Below are positions 23,774-32,642 of a stretch of DNA of 36,193 nt, in pieces. The stretch is from a virus (lineage: Duplodnaviria; Caudoviricetes). The DNA lies in IMG/VR virus record IMGVR_UViG_3300027752_000050, positions 1 to 36,193 of that record; one strand, given 5' to 3'. The notes beneath the pieces are model-generated. The model searched no databases, was not told the DNA's origin, and saw only the letters and a program-made list of their open reading frames with translations. Positions within the stretch are counted from its first letter, which is position 1, and each line of letters starts with the position of its first letter. A program made the translations under genes and the position numbers.

Positions 23774-25036
23774 ATGGCTAATAATTTAAACAGTAACGTC
23801 ACACGGAAAGTCGCTCGCGTCTTTCTTGATGCTTTTGAAGCTTCACGAGTTCTAACCAAGACAGTAAACACGCAGCTCCTGAGCGGCAAGTTCAACCCGT
23901 CTTCTGGTTCTAACGTAGACTTCAAACGCCCGCACGACTACAACTCTATCCGTACTTCTGGTGGTGACATCAGCGGTGCCGATAAGTCGGACATCATTGC
24001 AGGTAAAGCAACTGGTACAGTACAGGACTACTTCACAGCGGCCACTGAGTGGGGCAACGTGGAAGAGGCACTTCAACTGGACCAACTCGACCAGATCCTT
24101 GAGCCTATGGCCCGTCGCATTGTGACTGACCTTGAGCTTGATCTTGGCTCGTACATGAACAAGAACGCTTCACTCAAGTATGGTACTCACGGCAATGCTG
24201 TAGATGCTTGGGGCGATGTTGCAGGCGCTGGGGCATTGATGGACTCTATCGGCGTTCCAATGAGCGACGAGAAGTATTACATCATGAACCCCTTCACCAC
24301 TACTGCGCTGTCTTCAGCTCAGAACGGTCTGAATGCGGCTGATGGCCTTGTTCGCACTGCATGGGAAAAAGCACAGATCAGCCAATCTTTCGGTGGCATG
24401 ATGGCGCTTACTTCTAACGCACTGCCTAGCTACACTTCAGGTACTACTACTGACCGTGCTGGCGCTTTGGCTGCTGCTCCTGACGCAACTTACGTCACAG
24501 CTAAAGACACTATGACTCAGGTTCTTTCTTTGAACGGTCTGGGTACTGGTACTATCAAAGCTGGTGACATGGTAACTATTGCAGGCGTTAATCGTCTCAA
24601 CGTAGCTACTCGTCAGCCTATGATTGACGCAACTGGCGCTGTTGTTCCTTGGACAGGCACTGTACTCGCAGATGTGACTATTGCTGCTAACGCTGCGACA
24701 GTTACTGTTTCTGGTGCTGCTATCTACGAGGCCAACGGTCAGTACAACAACGTAGACGCTGCTCCTGCAAACGCTGCGGTCGTAACGATCCTTGGTGCTG
24801 CTTCAACTCTGTACCAGCCTAACCTCTTCTACACGAAGCAAGCGTTCGGCATGGGCACTGTTAAGCTACCTAAGCTCTACTCAACTGACACTATCGCTAC
24901 TACTAGCGACGGTATGTCAATCCGAGTATCTAAGTACGCAGACGGTGACGCGAATACTCAAAAGATTCGTTTCGATCTCTTGCCGGCGTACGCGACGTTT
25001 AACCCCTTGTTTGCCGGAAAAGGCTTTGGGGTCTAG
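23774..25036 (+). CDS. Major capsid protein, P22 gp5-like
   Basis: MANNL start, 420 aa, GTIKAGDMVTIAGV insertion-domain motif, IRFDLL...P C-terminus; followed by a terminator. Confidence 0.92.
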   Translation: MANNLNSNVTRKVARVFLDAFEASRVLTKTVNTQLLSGKFNPSSGSNVDFKRPHDYNSIRTSGGDISGADKSDIIAGKATGTVQDYFTAATEWGNVEEALQLDQLDQILEPMARRIVTDLELDLGSYMNKNASLKYGTHGNAVDAWGDVAGAGALMDSIGVPMSDEKYYIMNPFTTTALSSAQNGLNAADGLVRTAWEKAQISQSFGGMMALTSNALPSYTSGTTTDRAGALAAAPDATYVTAKDTMTQVLSLNGLGTGTIKAGDMVTIAGVNRLNVATRQPMIDATGAVVPWTGTVLADVTIAANAATVTVSGAAIYEANGQYNNVDAAPANAAVVTILGAASTLYQPNLFYTKQAFGMGTVKLPKLYSTDTIATTSDGMSIRVSKYADGDANTQKIRFDLLPAYATFNPLFAGKGFGV

Positions 25037-25051
25037 CGACTGACTGAGGAT

Positions 25052-25076
25052 GGGGGCTTCGGCCCCCTGATTCTTT
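25052..25076 (+). terminator. Intrinsic terminator after the coat gene (weak U-tract)
   Basis: GGGGGC-TTCG-GCCCCC followed by TGATTCTTT. Confidence 0.75.
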
Positions 25077-25100
25077 ATGGCAATCAGCAAGGTACGAATA

Positions 25101-25265
25101 ATGGCTGGACTATACGAAAACATCCACAAAAAGCGTAAGCGCATCAAGCGGCAAAAGGCTGAAGGCAAGACTCCTGAAAGAATGAGGAAGGCTGGGTCTA
25201 AAGGCGCACCTACTGCAACAGCGTTTAAGCAATCAGCTAAGACTGCTAAAGCAACTTACGAATAG
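25101..25265 (+). CDS. Small very basic protein ending ATYE
   Basis: MAGLYENIHKKRKRIK...GSKGAPTATAFKQSAKTAKATYE; ATG 25101 after AAGG. Confidence 0.75.
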   Translation: MAGLYENIHKKRKRIKRQKAEGKTPERMRKAGSKGAPTATAFKQSAKTAKATYE

Positions 25266-25275
25266 AGGTTTTGTT

Positions 25276-25452
25276 ATGGCTAAAGGAGTACAGCACTTCA
25301 AATCCTCTGGGAAGCCGTATAATGGGAAAACCCATACAATGGCTGATGGGACGGTTCACACTGGATCAACTCACACGAGCGCAAGTGTTCGAGTGTTCCA
25401 TAAAGGAGAGCTGCCAAAAAAACCGTCAAAAAATAAGAGTACATACGAATAA
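25276..25452 (+). CDS. 58-aa His/Lys-rich protein ending STYE (not in ORF track)
   Basis: MAKGVQHFKSSGKPYNGKTHTMADGTVHTGSTHTSASVRVFHKGELPKKPSKNKSTYE; GAGG RBS; TAATG coupling to the next gene. Confidence 0.75.
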   Translation: MAKGVQHFKSSGKPYNGKTHTMADGTVHTGSTHTSASVRVFHKGELPKKPSKNKSTYE

Positions 25453-25931
25453 TGGCTACTGTAGCGCAAGTCGCAAAAGCATCACTCCAGCGAATTCTGG
25501 TCCAAGCATCGGAGTCTCCTCTCGAGCCTGATGAGTACCAAGATTACATATTCGCTCTAAATAATTACATGGCGCAGCTAGATGCTCAGGGCATCACGCT
25601 CGGCTATACCGAGGTCGATAGCCTTGGAGATAAAATCACTGTACCCACCGGCGCGCTGCGCGGAATCATCGCTAACATGGCGATAGAGGTCTCCCCTGAT
25701 TACGGGGGTGTGGTTTCAGAGGGATTGGTTAAAGCAGCCCGCGAGGGCATGAATACTATGCGTACCATTGGTGGCCGCATGGGTCCAACCTCATTACCGT
25801 CAACACTGCCTATCGGTGCAGGGAACGAAGACGACAGCTACGGGATTTCTGGTCATTTCTACCCAGAACAAGAAGCAGAGATACTCGCCGAATCTACTGG
25901 CGCAATTGGATTGGAGCTTAACACGCAATGA
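25452..25931 (+). CDS. Head-to-tail adaptor, P22 gp4-like
   Basis: Size and position; LNNYMAQL..G..LGY and PSTLPIGAGN motifs. Confidence 0.8.
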   Translation: MATVAQVAKASLQRILVQASESPLEPDEYQDYIFALNNYMAQLDAQGITLGYTEVDSLGDKITVPTGALRGIIANMAIEVSPDYGGVVSEGLVKAAREGMNTMRTIGGRMGPTSLPSTLPIGAGNEDDSYGISGHFYPEQEAEILAESTGAIGLELNTQ

Positions 25932-26773
25932 CAATTAGAGCCGATGGTCGCAGGAAAAGCGAGTTCGTAGCTAAAGATACCGTCCAAGCCGGCGGCTATC
26001 TTGATTACGTTGTGAACGGGACAAACTACAAGATCAGCTACGATAAATTCGTGGCCAACCTTGGCGTCACCGGCTCAATTGTTCAGACTGGTGCTGTCAC
26101 TGGCGCTCCGGTCCTAGAGATTGACGGCCCTGTAAACCGGATTAGAAACTTAGAGGGCGGATCAGGCGTTAATGTAAATATATCCGCACAGAATGGCGTG
26201 AGCTTATCTCACAGCTTCACGGCTAACGCTGACGGCCTCCCGATCCTCTTAAACACAACAGCAGCATCTCCGACAATTGCAAGCATTGTCGCTGGTAGTG
26301 GTATTAGTGTAACGGCGGTTAATACTAACGGCATTCAGATAACTTCTATTGCTGATGCGATAAACGCTCAAGTTTCTATGCACAGCAATTCAACTGCTAC
26401 AACTATTTCTACAACAAGCACTCCTGTCAAAGTAGCAGGGACATTCGTTTCAGGATCTGCCTCTAGTTTTACGGTAGATACTACAGGCAAGTTGACCTAT
26501 ACAGGTTCCACGACCACTACAGTTCATTTGACGGCTTCTGTGACTTTGGGTGTGGTTGGGACAAATCAGGATCTAGCTGTTCATTTGGCAAAAAATGGCA
26601 CTGTTATTTCTGCCGCTAAAATATCCAGATTAGTGTCCGCATCCGACACGGCAAACGTGGGAGTGTTTTATAACGTCTCCGTGGCTACCTCTGATTATCT
26701 TGAAGTTTTTGTTTCCAATGCTACGACCACAAACAATATAACCGTTACGGACTGCTTGTTCGGAGTATCTTAG
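25928..26773 (+). CDS. Virion structural protein (Thr/Ser/Val-rich, fibre/spike-like)
   Basis: Lies between the gp4- and gp10-like genes; beta-rich C-terminal domain. Confidence 0.6.
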   Translation: MTIRADGRRKSEFVAKDTVQAGGYLDYVVNGTNYKISYDKFVANLGVTGSIVQTGAVTGAPVLEIDGPVNRIRNLEGGSGVNVNISAQNGVSLSHSFTANADGLPILLNTTAASPTIASIVAGSGISVTAVNTNGIQITSIADAINAQVSMHSNSTATTISTTSTPVKVAGTFVSGSASSFTVDTTGKLTYTGSTTTTVHLTASVTLGVVGTNQDLAVHLAKNGTVISAAKISRLVSASDTANVGVFYNVSVATSDYLEVFVSNATTTNNITVTDCLFGVS

Positions 26774-28210
26774 ATGCCAGTAACCCAGTTACCGATAGCG
26801 AACGGATTCTATGTCAGCGACTCCCTGCCTATCTCCGCGCAAGAGTGTACCAACTGGTATCCGAACATTGTCCAAGGCACTGGCTTGTCTCAAGAAACTC
26901 TATTTGGCACTGAGGGCATTGTTCAGCTTGCTTCGTCGGGAATACTTGATAACGTAAACCGTGGCGCACACGAGATGGCTGGCAAGCCTTACTTCGTGAA
27001 TGGCGAGCGGTTATACCGTTTAGATGAGTCTGGCGACGATTACAGCCTAACCTTTATCGGCGACGTTACTGGTGTTGCTCGCGTTTCTATGGCGGATAAC
27101 GGAACGCAGCTAATGGTGCTCGTGCCTAACGGTAACGGTTATATCTATAACCACGTTACGGACACGTTCGCCCAGATCACAGATTCTGACTTCACAGCGA
27201 ATGGCGCTCCGCAGTTCGTTGTGTTTATTGATGGCTACTTCTTAATCACCACAGACTCTAAGAAGTTCATAGTAAGCTCCATCAATGACGGCTTGAGCTA
27301 TAACGCTCTCGACTTCGGTACAGCCGAGTCAGACCCCGATGACATTGTTGCTCCAGTCGTTTATAAGAATCAGCTATTCATCTCAGGAGGCCAGACGTTT
27401 GAAGCTTTCCAGAATATCGGCGGAGCTGACTTTCCTTTTCAACGGACCGGACTATTTTTGCAGAAAGGATGCTATGCGCCCTACTCTCTCGTAAACGCGC
27501 AAGATACCTTTATGTGGGTTGGTGGCGGAGAGAACGAGGGGCCGGCTATCTGGGCTCTTAACGGGAACAGTACAGTCAAAGTCTCTACGACTGCAATTGA
27601 CTCTCTTTTATCAAAGCTGTCAGATACTCAGGTTGCAAGCATTTACTCATGGGCATACGCCAGCAAGGGGGCCTACTTTATAGGTTTTGCACTGCCCGCT
27701 ACAACGCTTGTATACGACACAACATCTCAGAGATGGCATGAGCGCAAGTCTTTCTTAGAGGGCACTCTAGGAGCTCTGAGAGTGTCCTCTGTGGTTAAGG
27801 CGTACAATAATATTCTCTGCGGCGACATCATTGACGGCCGTATTGGTCAGTTTGATCAAAACGTCTACACCGAATACGAAAACACAATCGTTCGAAGGGT
27901 TGCTACTCAGCCTTTCCAAAACAACATGCAGTCAGTGTTTTTCCCAAGCCTAGAGCTCACGGTAGAGTCAGGCGTTGGTAATGATGCGGTGGCAGATCCT
28001 CAGATCACGCTTGAGCGGTCCAAGGACGGCAAGACATGGAGCGGGCCTATATCTCGCAGCATAGGCAAGATCGGTGAGTACAGCCGTCGCGCCATCTGGC
28101 GTCGCAATGGTAGGGCAGCAAGATTTGAGGTGTTCCGTTTCACCCTAACGGATGCGGTCAAGCCTGTAATAATACAGTTAACCGCTAACATCATTGGTGG
28201 TGATAAGTGA
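26774..28210 (+). CDS. Tail hub / packaged-DNA stabilisation protein, P22 gp10-like
   Basis: 478 aa; VSMADNG.QL, DGYF, AESDPD and SKDGKTW..IGKIGEY..R..WRR.G motifs. Confidence 0.88.
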   Translation: MPVTQLPIANGFYVSDSLPISAQECTNWYPNIVQGTGLSQETLFGTEGIVQLASSGILDNVNRGAHEMAGKPYFVNGERLYRLDESGDDYSLTFIGDVTGVARVSMADNGTQLMVLVPNGNGYIYNHVTDTFAQITDSDFTANGAPQFVVFIDGYFLITTDSKKFIVSSINDGLSYNALDFGTAESDPDDIVAPVVYKNQLFISGGQTFEAFQNIGGADFPFQRTGLFLQKGCYAPYSLVNAQDTFMWVGGGENEGPAIWALNGNSTVKVSTTAIDSLLSKLSDTQVASIYSWAYASKGAYFIGFALPATTLVYDTTSQRWHERKSFLEGTLGALRVSSVVKAYNNILCGDIIDGRIGQFDQNVYTEYENTIVRRVATQPFQNNMQSVFFPSLELTVESGVGNDAVADPQITLERSKDGKTWSGPISRSIGKIGEYSRRAIWRRNGRAARFEVFRFTLTDAVKPVIIQLTANIIGGDK

Positions 28211-28461
28211 CAGGCCCTAGGCTTAACGCAGCCCAGCCTATCGTTGAAAGCGATGGGACCATGGCTCAGCCGTTCAGGCAGTTCACTCAGGACGCAAGCT
28301 TAAGCATCCCTATAGTGGGTGTGGGATCGCCGGAAGGTGTGGTAGAGGCTAGACAGTACAGCCTTTACATTAACTCCGCTGGAACCACAGGATCGATAGA
28401 ATATAGGAAAATGCTACCGTCAATTGGCGGCGACGTAACACAGGGCTGGATAGCGGTTTAA
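28207..28461 (+). CDS. Small tail protein
   Basis: GTGA overlap; GSPEGVVEA...LY..GW motif. Confidence 0.7.
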   Translation: MTGPRLNAAQPIVESDGTMAQPFRQFTQDASLSIPIVGVGSPEGVVEARQYSLYINSAGTTGSIEYRKMLPSIGGDVTQGWIAV

Positions 28462-28470
28462 TCAGCAAAA

Positions 28471-28481
28471 TGTGGTAAAAT
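28471..28481 (+). promoter_or_regulatory. Extended -10 promoter upstream of the cupin/ejection genes
   Basis: TGTG-G-TAAAAT in a short intergenic gap. Confidence 0.55.
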
Positions 28482-28510
28482 TAAGCAAATAACCAAGGGG
28501 TTATATTTTG

Positions 28511-28951
28511 ATGGATCAAGAACACAGAGGCAAAATGGAGTCGCTTGAAAGCGCGATTTTGTCAAGCAGTCAGAATATAGACATACAAACCCTTGAATGT
28601 AATCATTATTTTTCACACGGCCTATACACCAGAGAATTACATATTCCTAAAGGCGTGGTTATAACTGGCGCTATACACAAGTATTCAAATGTAAATATTC
28701 TTTCCAAGGGGAAGGTTATAGCCGTCACCGATCAGGGCAGGGTTGAGGTAGAGGCGCCCTATACGTTTGTGTCTAACGAGCTAGTCAAAAAAGCTATTTA
28801 CGCCGTGGAGGATGCCGTTTGGATTAACGTCCTCCCTTGGGATAAAGAGCCGGATGTTGATTTGGTTGAACAAGAATATGTTATACCAACTTATGATTTA
28901 CTTGATGCCCAAGCGGGGATTGAGCCAGTTAAGTTTTTGGAGAAAGAATAA
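28511..28951 (+). CDS. Cupin-fold protein
   Basis: HYFSHGLYTRELHIPKGVVITGAIH...LSKG..APYTFVS pattern. Confidence 0.7.
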   Translation: MDQEHRGKMESLESAILSSSQNIDIQTLECNHYFSHGLYTRELHIPKGVVITGAIHKYSNVNILSKGKVIAVTDQGRVEVEAPYTFVSNELVKKAIYAVEDAVWINVLPWDKEPDVDLVEQEYVIPTYDLLDAQAGIEPVKFLEKE

Positions 28952-29703
28952 TGGCATTTGCAGCAACAGCAGCCGCTCTTGGCGGCGCAGCAGCCAGCCT
29001 TGGCGGAAGTTATTTGCAGAACAAGGCTAATAAGAAAATGGCCGAGCAGTCTGCCAAGAATCGAACGCAAGAGATTGGCATGATCAAGGACTACGGCCAA
29101 CGCGCCACAGAGTCCATGCTCCCTGCTTATCAAGCGGCTCAAGACATCCGCCAGCAAGGAATGAATCAAAACCTTTCTCTTGCCGGCCAGACTTTCCGAC
29201 CTATGATAGATGCTACTCAGACCGGCGACTACATGGCGCAGCAGGCGCTTATCGCCGGCCTCATGGGGCAGCGGTCCGCAATCCTTGGTGACAACATCAA
29301 CTACGGCAACTTGCAAGCTCAGAGCGTCCCTATGGACTACTCACAGCTTGGCGGCTTGACTAATCCTCAGCCTTTAGATTTTAAGGGATTTGAGCAGATC
29401 GAATACTCAAACGCCGGAGTGATGGACTGGGACGCGAACACGGCTCAAGGGTATCTATCGGCCAACCCAGACATTCTTGCTGATTACAATTCAAAGAAAG
29501 CACAGCTTCTTGAAGGCGGGGATCCCCAGTTCAATACCGCAGAGGGCTACGCTAAGTGGCATTGGGATAATTACGGAAAAGCAGAAGGTCGCTCCCTCAA
29601 ACCTGCTGCGGCAGGTGCTGCAACATCTGGTGTTGCGGGGGAATCTATTACATCTGAACAAGTCGCTAAAGCCCTTGGCATGACGGGAGGCCAGCAACCA
29701 TGA
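28951..29703 (+). CDS. Probable DNA ejection protein (gp7-like position)
   Basis: Ala/Gly-rich hydrophobic N-terminus; Gln-rich; YL.ANPDI...HW..YGK.EGR module. Confidence 0.65.
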   Translation: MAFAATAAALGGAAASLGGSYLQNKANKKMAEQSAKNRTQEIGMIKDYGQRATESMLPAYQAAQDIRQQGMNQNLSLAGQTFRPMIDATQTGDYMAQQALIAGLMGQRSAILGDNINYGNLQAQSVPMDYSQLGGLTNPQPLDFKGFEQIEYSNAGVMDWDANTAQGYLSANPDILADYNSKKAQLLEGGDPQFNTAEGYAKWHWDNYGKAEGRSLKPAAAGAATSGVAGESITSEQVAKALGMTGGQQP

Positions 29704-31367
29704 GTATTGCAAAACTAAACGGCCTGCCCAAGGGCACTGACTACTCAGTAGAGACAGTGGACCGCGTAAAGGCGTTATTGAACTCTGGTGAAGTTGATGT
29801 CAATGATGTCGCTCAATATTTTAGCGTACCAAAAGCGCTTATTATTCAAAGTCTTACAGATATTCCCCCTGATGTTTACACTAGCGGGGCTTTGACTGCT
29901 TCTCAAGTAGAGAGGGTGCAGGACCTAATTCAGAAAGGCGTGACAAGCACTGGCGATGTCTCAGAGTATTTTAATGCGCCTCAAGAAGTCGTAGAGCGCA
30001 ACCTGACGCAAGAGCTAGGTTTTAATCCTGCCCAGATAGCAGAGGCTCAAGCAGGCTTACCTATATCGCCTCCACCGGCTCCAATTAATGTAGATCCTGA
30101 GCCAAGACCAATAAGGTTCCCACCGACGCCGGAACCTTATGTGCCGCCTACCCCGACGCCTACCCCGACGCCTACCCCGACGCCTACCCCTGCGGCTACC
30201 CAAATCAGTGTTAATGATCTTGACGCCTTGGCTGGTAGATCGTACGACCTGCCACAGATGGCCACAACTCAATACCAAACTGGCAGCGAGATCCCTACGG
30301 GCCTCCGTGGCTCTGAGATGGCTCTAAAGGGTGGGGCAACCGGCGCGATTGATCTGCTGGATATGCTCAACCGAACCGGTAGGCAAGAACTCGCAAACCA
30401 GTACGGCTTAGGGCTTCAGCAGGCAGAAGCGAGAGCTCAGGATGCCAGTGGATTTATCCAGCCTTACCAACAAGCAGGCGAAACAGCTCTACAGCAGCAG
30501 ATGGCATTGTCAGGGGCTCTAGGCCAAGACTCATTTAATGCGGCTTATCAAGAATCCCCGCAAATAGCTTTTTTGCGTGAGCAAGGTATGCGGGCTAACC
30601 TAGCCGGTGCAGGCGCTACAGGCGGGCTCGGTGGCGGTAATGTTCAGAAGGAATTACAACGCTTCGGGCAGGGTCTAGCCTCACAAGGGCTGCAACAGCA
30701 GATTGGCAACCTAAACACTTTGTCTGGCCAAGGAATGAACGCTGCGGGTACGATGGCCAACATCCAAACAGGTCTTGGGACTCAGCAGCTACAGGGCCAG
30801 CAAGCTCTTGGAAATCAGTTAAGCAATCAATTAACAACTTACGGATTACCTGCGGCCCAGCAGATTGGGAATCTTGGGGTTAATCTTGCTACAGGTAGAA
30901 CAGTGGCGGGGCAGCAACTAGCCAACCAGTACGGCAGCGCAGCGTCAAACCTTGCCGATATCTACGCCAACCAAGGAAGCAACTTAGCAACTATGCTCGG
31001 CGGTCAGCGCAATATGCTGATGGACCAGTATAATAGCGCAGCGCTAAACGAGGCACGAGCTCAGCAAGGTTACGGTGCGGGTATGTCTAACATTCAGCAA
31101 GGGATAGCGTCCGGAATTTCCGGAACTCCTCAGGCTCAGATCAACACGCCTGATTATCAAGGTGGAGTGCAAAATGCATTGTATGCTGCTGGCGCAGGGT
31201 ATAATCTATTTGACCAGCCAACTCAGCAAAATACGTTTACTCCTACAAATCCAAATCAAACATTTACTCCGGCGCAAACCTACGGGTTTAGCCAGTTCAT
31301 GAATCCGCAAGGCACTATGCCTGCGCCCACCACCGCAGGAATGCCTGCTGGTGGAATAGTTACATAG
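29700..31367 (+). CDS. Probable DNA ejection/transfer protein with Pro-Thr linker
   Basis: Gln/Gly/Ala-rich; PYQQAG..AL, ESP..F, GGLGGGN..KELQRFGQGLASQ motif. Confidence 0.7.
   Translation: MSIAKLNGLPKGTDYSVETVDRVKALLNSGEVDVNDVAQYFSVPKALIIQSLTDIPPDVYTSGALTASQVERVQDLIQKGVTSTGDVSEYFNAPQEVVERNLTQELGFNPAQIAEAQAGLPISPPPAPINVDPEPRPIRFPPTPEPYVPPTPTPTPTPTPTPTPAATQISVNDLDALAGRSYDLPQMATTQYQTGSEIPTGLRGSEMALKGGATGAIDLLDMLNRTGRQELANQYGLGLQQAEARAQDASGFIQPYQQAGETALQQQMALSGALGQDSFNAAYQESPQIAFLREQGMRANLAGAGATGGLGGGNVQKELQRFGQGLASQGLQQQIGNLNTLSGQGMNAAGTMANIQTGLGTQQLQGQQALGNQLSNQLTTYGLPAAQQIGNLGVNLATGRTVAGQQLANQYGSAASNLADIYANQGSNLATMLGGQRNMLMDQYNSAALNEARAQQGYGAGMSNIQQGIASGISGTPQAQINTPDYQGGVQNALYAAGAGYNLFDQPTQQNTFTPTNPNQTFTPAQTYGFSQFMNPQGTMPAPTTAGMPAGGIVT
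30145..30190 (+). repeat. 12-bp tandem repeat CGCCTACCCCGA x3.8 encoding (PT)n
   Basis: Copies at 30145, 30157, 30169 and a partial copy at 30181. Confidence 0.95.
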
Positions 31368-31376
31368 AGGTTTACC

Positions 31377-32642
31377 ATGGCGGTAGATGTTGGAAGGGCC
31401 CTGATGGGATTAGGAGCAGCGGTAGGCGGTGAAGCCCCGCAGTTCCGTCAACAGATGATGCAAGAAGACGAGCTCGCTCGCAAGCGCGGCTTAGAAGATG
31501 AGCAGGCGGCAGAGAAGCGCAAGCAGACTTTATTTGCGGACGCATCTGCGGCCAGTAATCTCTTGGATCAAGGTGACGTTGGCGGTGTTCTTGGCTTAAT
31601 GCAGGACCGCTTTCAGATACTTAGCCAGATCCCTAACGTAGACACCAGTCATACAAAACGCTACTTGCAGCTCGCTCAAGCGGCAGCGGCTGGCGATATG
31701 GAGGCGAAAGATCGTCTTACGACCGAGATGAATAACGCCGTTACTGCTGGTCGCGCTTACAACCAAATCTCTGGAAGTAAGGATGCTCCTTCATCCTTTC
31801 GCTCTTTGCAGCTACAAGCTCAGGCGGCAGGTCTTAAAGAAGGAGATGCGGATTATCAAGAATTTATGCGCTACGGCGGTTCTTCTGGAGAGATGGGCGC
31901 AGCGAAGACGACTACATACAACGACGGCACTGTAGTTAAAATTACGCGCATTGGTGCTCCGGAGGTATACGGACCTGACGGCCAGATAGTAACCGACCCA
32001 GACCAAAAGCGCGCGGTTCTCAAGGAGGCTATCGAGAGTAAAATTGCTTACGAGGGCGATGTTGCTACAGCTAGGGCTCGAGGCACGGCCGAGGAAGGAT
32101 TCGGTCAAGATGTGCTTGAAAACGGTATCAGGCAAGCTAGAAACATTGGCAGGCTAAGAGATGCTCTTAAAATTCTTGAAAGAGTAGATACTGGTGGTTT
32201 TGCAGCAATCGGCTTAAAAGCAAGAAGAGCGCTGGGCCTGACAGATGCAGACGAAGCAAGGCTTGCATATATACTAAGAAAAAATGTATTGCAGCAATTA
32301 AAGCCGACATTTGGAGCCGCGTTTACAGCTCGTGAAGGCGATTTGCTTGCATCGATCGAGGCGAATGAAGATCAAAGCACTGCCGCTAACATGGCTTTGC
32401 TAGAAGATATGATTCGTGAAATGGAGCTCGATATAGACAGGGCTGAGCTATATGCCGCCGATATGGGCAAAGGCGGAGAACGAGCGCTTACAACCATGGA
32501 AGGATTTCAAAACAGAAATTTCTACACTGGTTTAGATGGCGAGACACAAGCCGCTGGAGCAGGAGCTGGTGAGCCAGAACTCAATCCTACTCCGGAAGGC
32601 CCTCGAGTAATAAGGTATGACGACCAAGGAAACAGAATCTGA
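31377..32642 (+). CDS. Probable DNA ejection protein
   Basis: Helical, 421 aa, GAGG RBS, third gene of the ejection cluster. Confidence 0.65.
   Translation: MAVDVGRALMGLGAAVGGEAPQFRQQMMQEDELARKRGLEDEQAAEKRKQTLFADASAASNLLDQGDVGGVLGLMQDRFQILSQIPNVDTSHTKRYLQLAQAAAAGDMEAKDRLTTEMNNAVTAGRAYNQISGSKDAPSSFRSLQLQAQAAGLKEGDADYQEFMRYGGSSGEMGAAKTTTYNDGTVVKITRIGAPEVYGPDGQIVTDPDQKRAVLKEAIESKIAYEGDVATARARGTAEEGFGQDVLENGIRQARNIGRLRDALKILERVDTGGFAAIGLKARRALGLTDADEARLAYILRKNVLQQLKPTFGAAFTAREGDLLASIEANEDQSTAANMALLEDMIREMELDIDRAELYAADMGKGGERALTTMEGFQNRNFYTGLDGETQAAGAGAGEPELNPTPEGPRVIRYDDQGNRI

Noticed and set aside
25271-25531. 86-aa ORF in the track
   Set aside because: The alternative frame 25276..25452 has an RBS, ATG, stop-start coupling and a more protein-like sequence.
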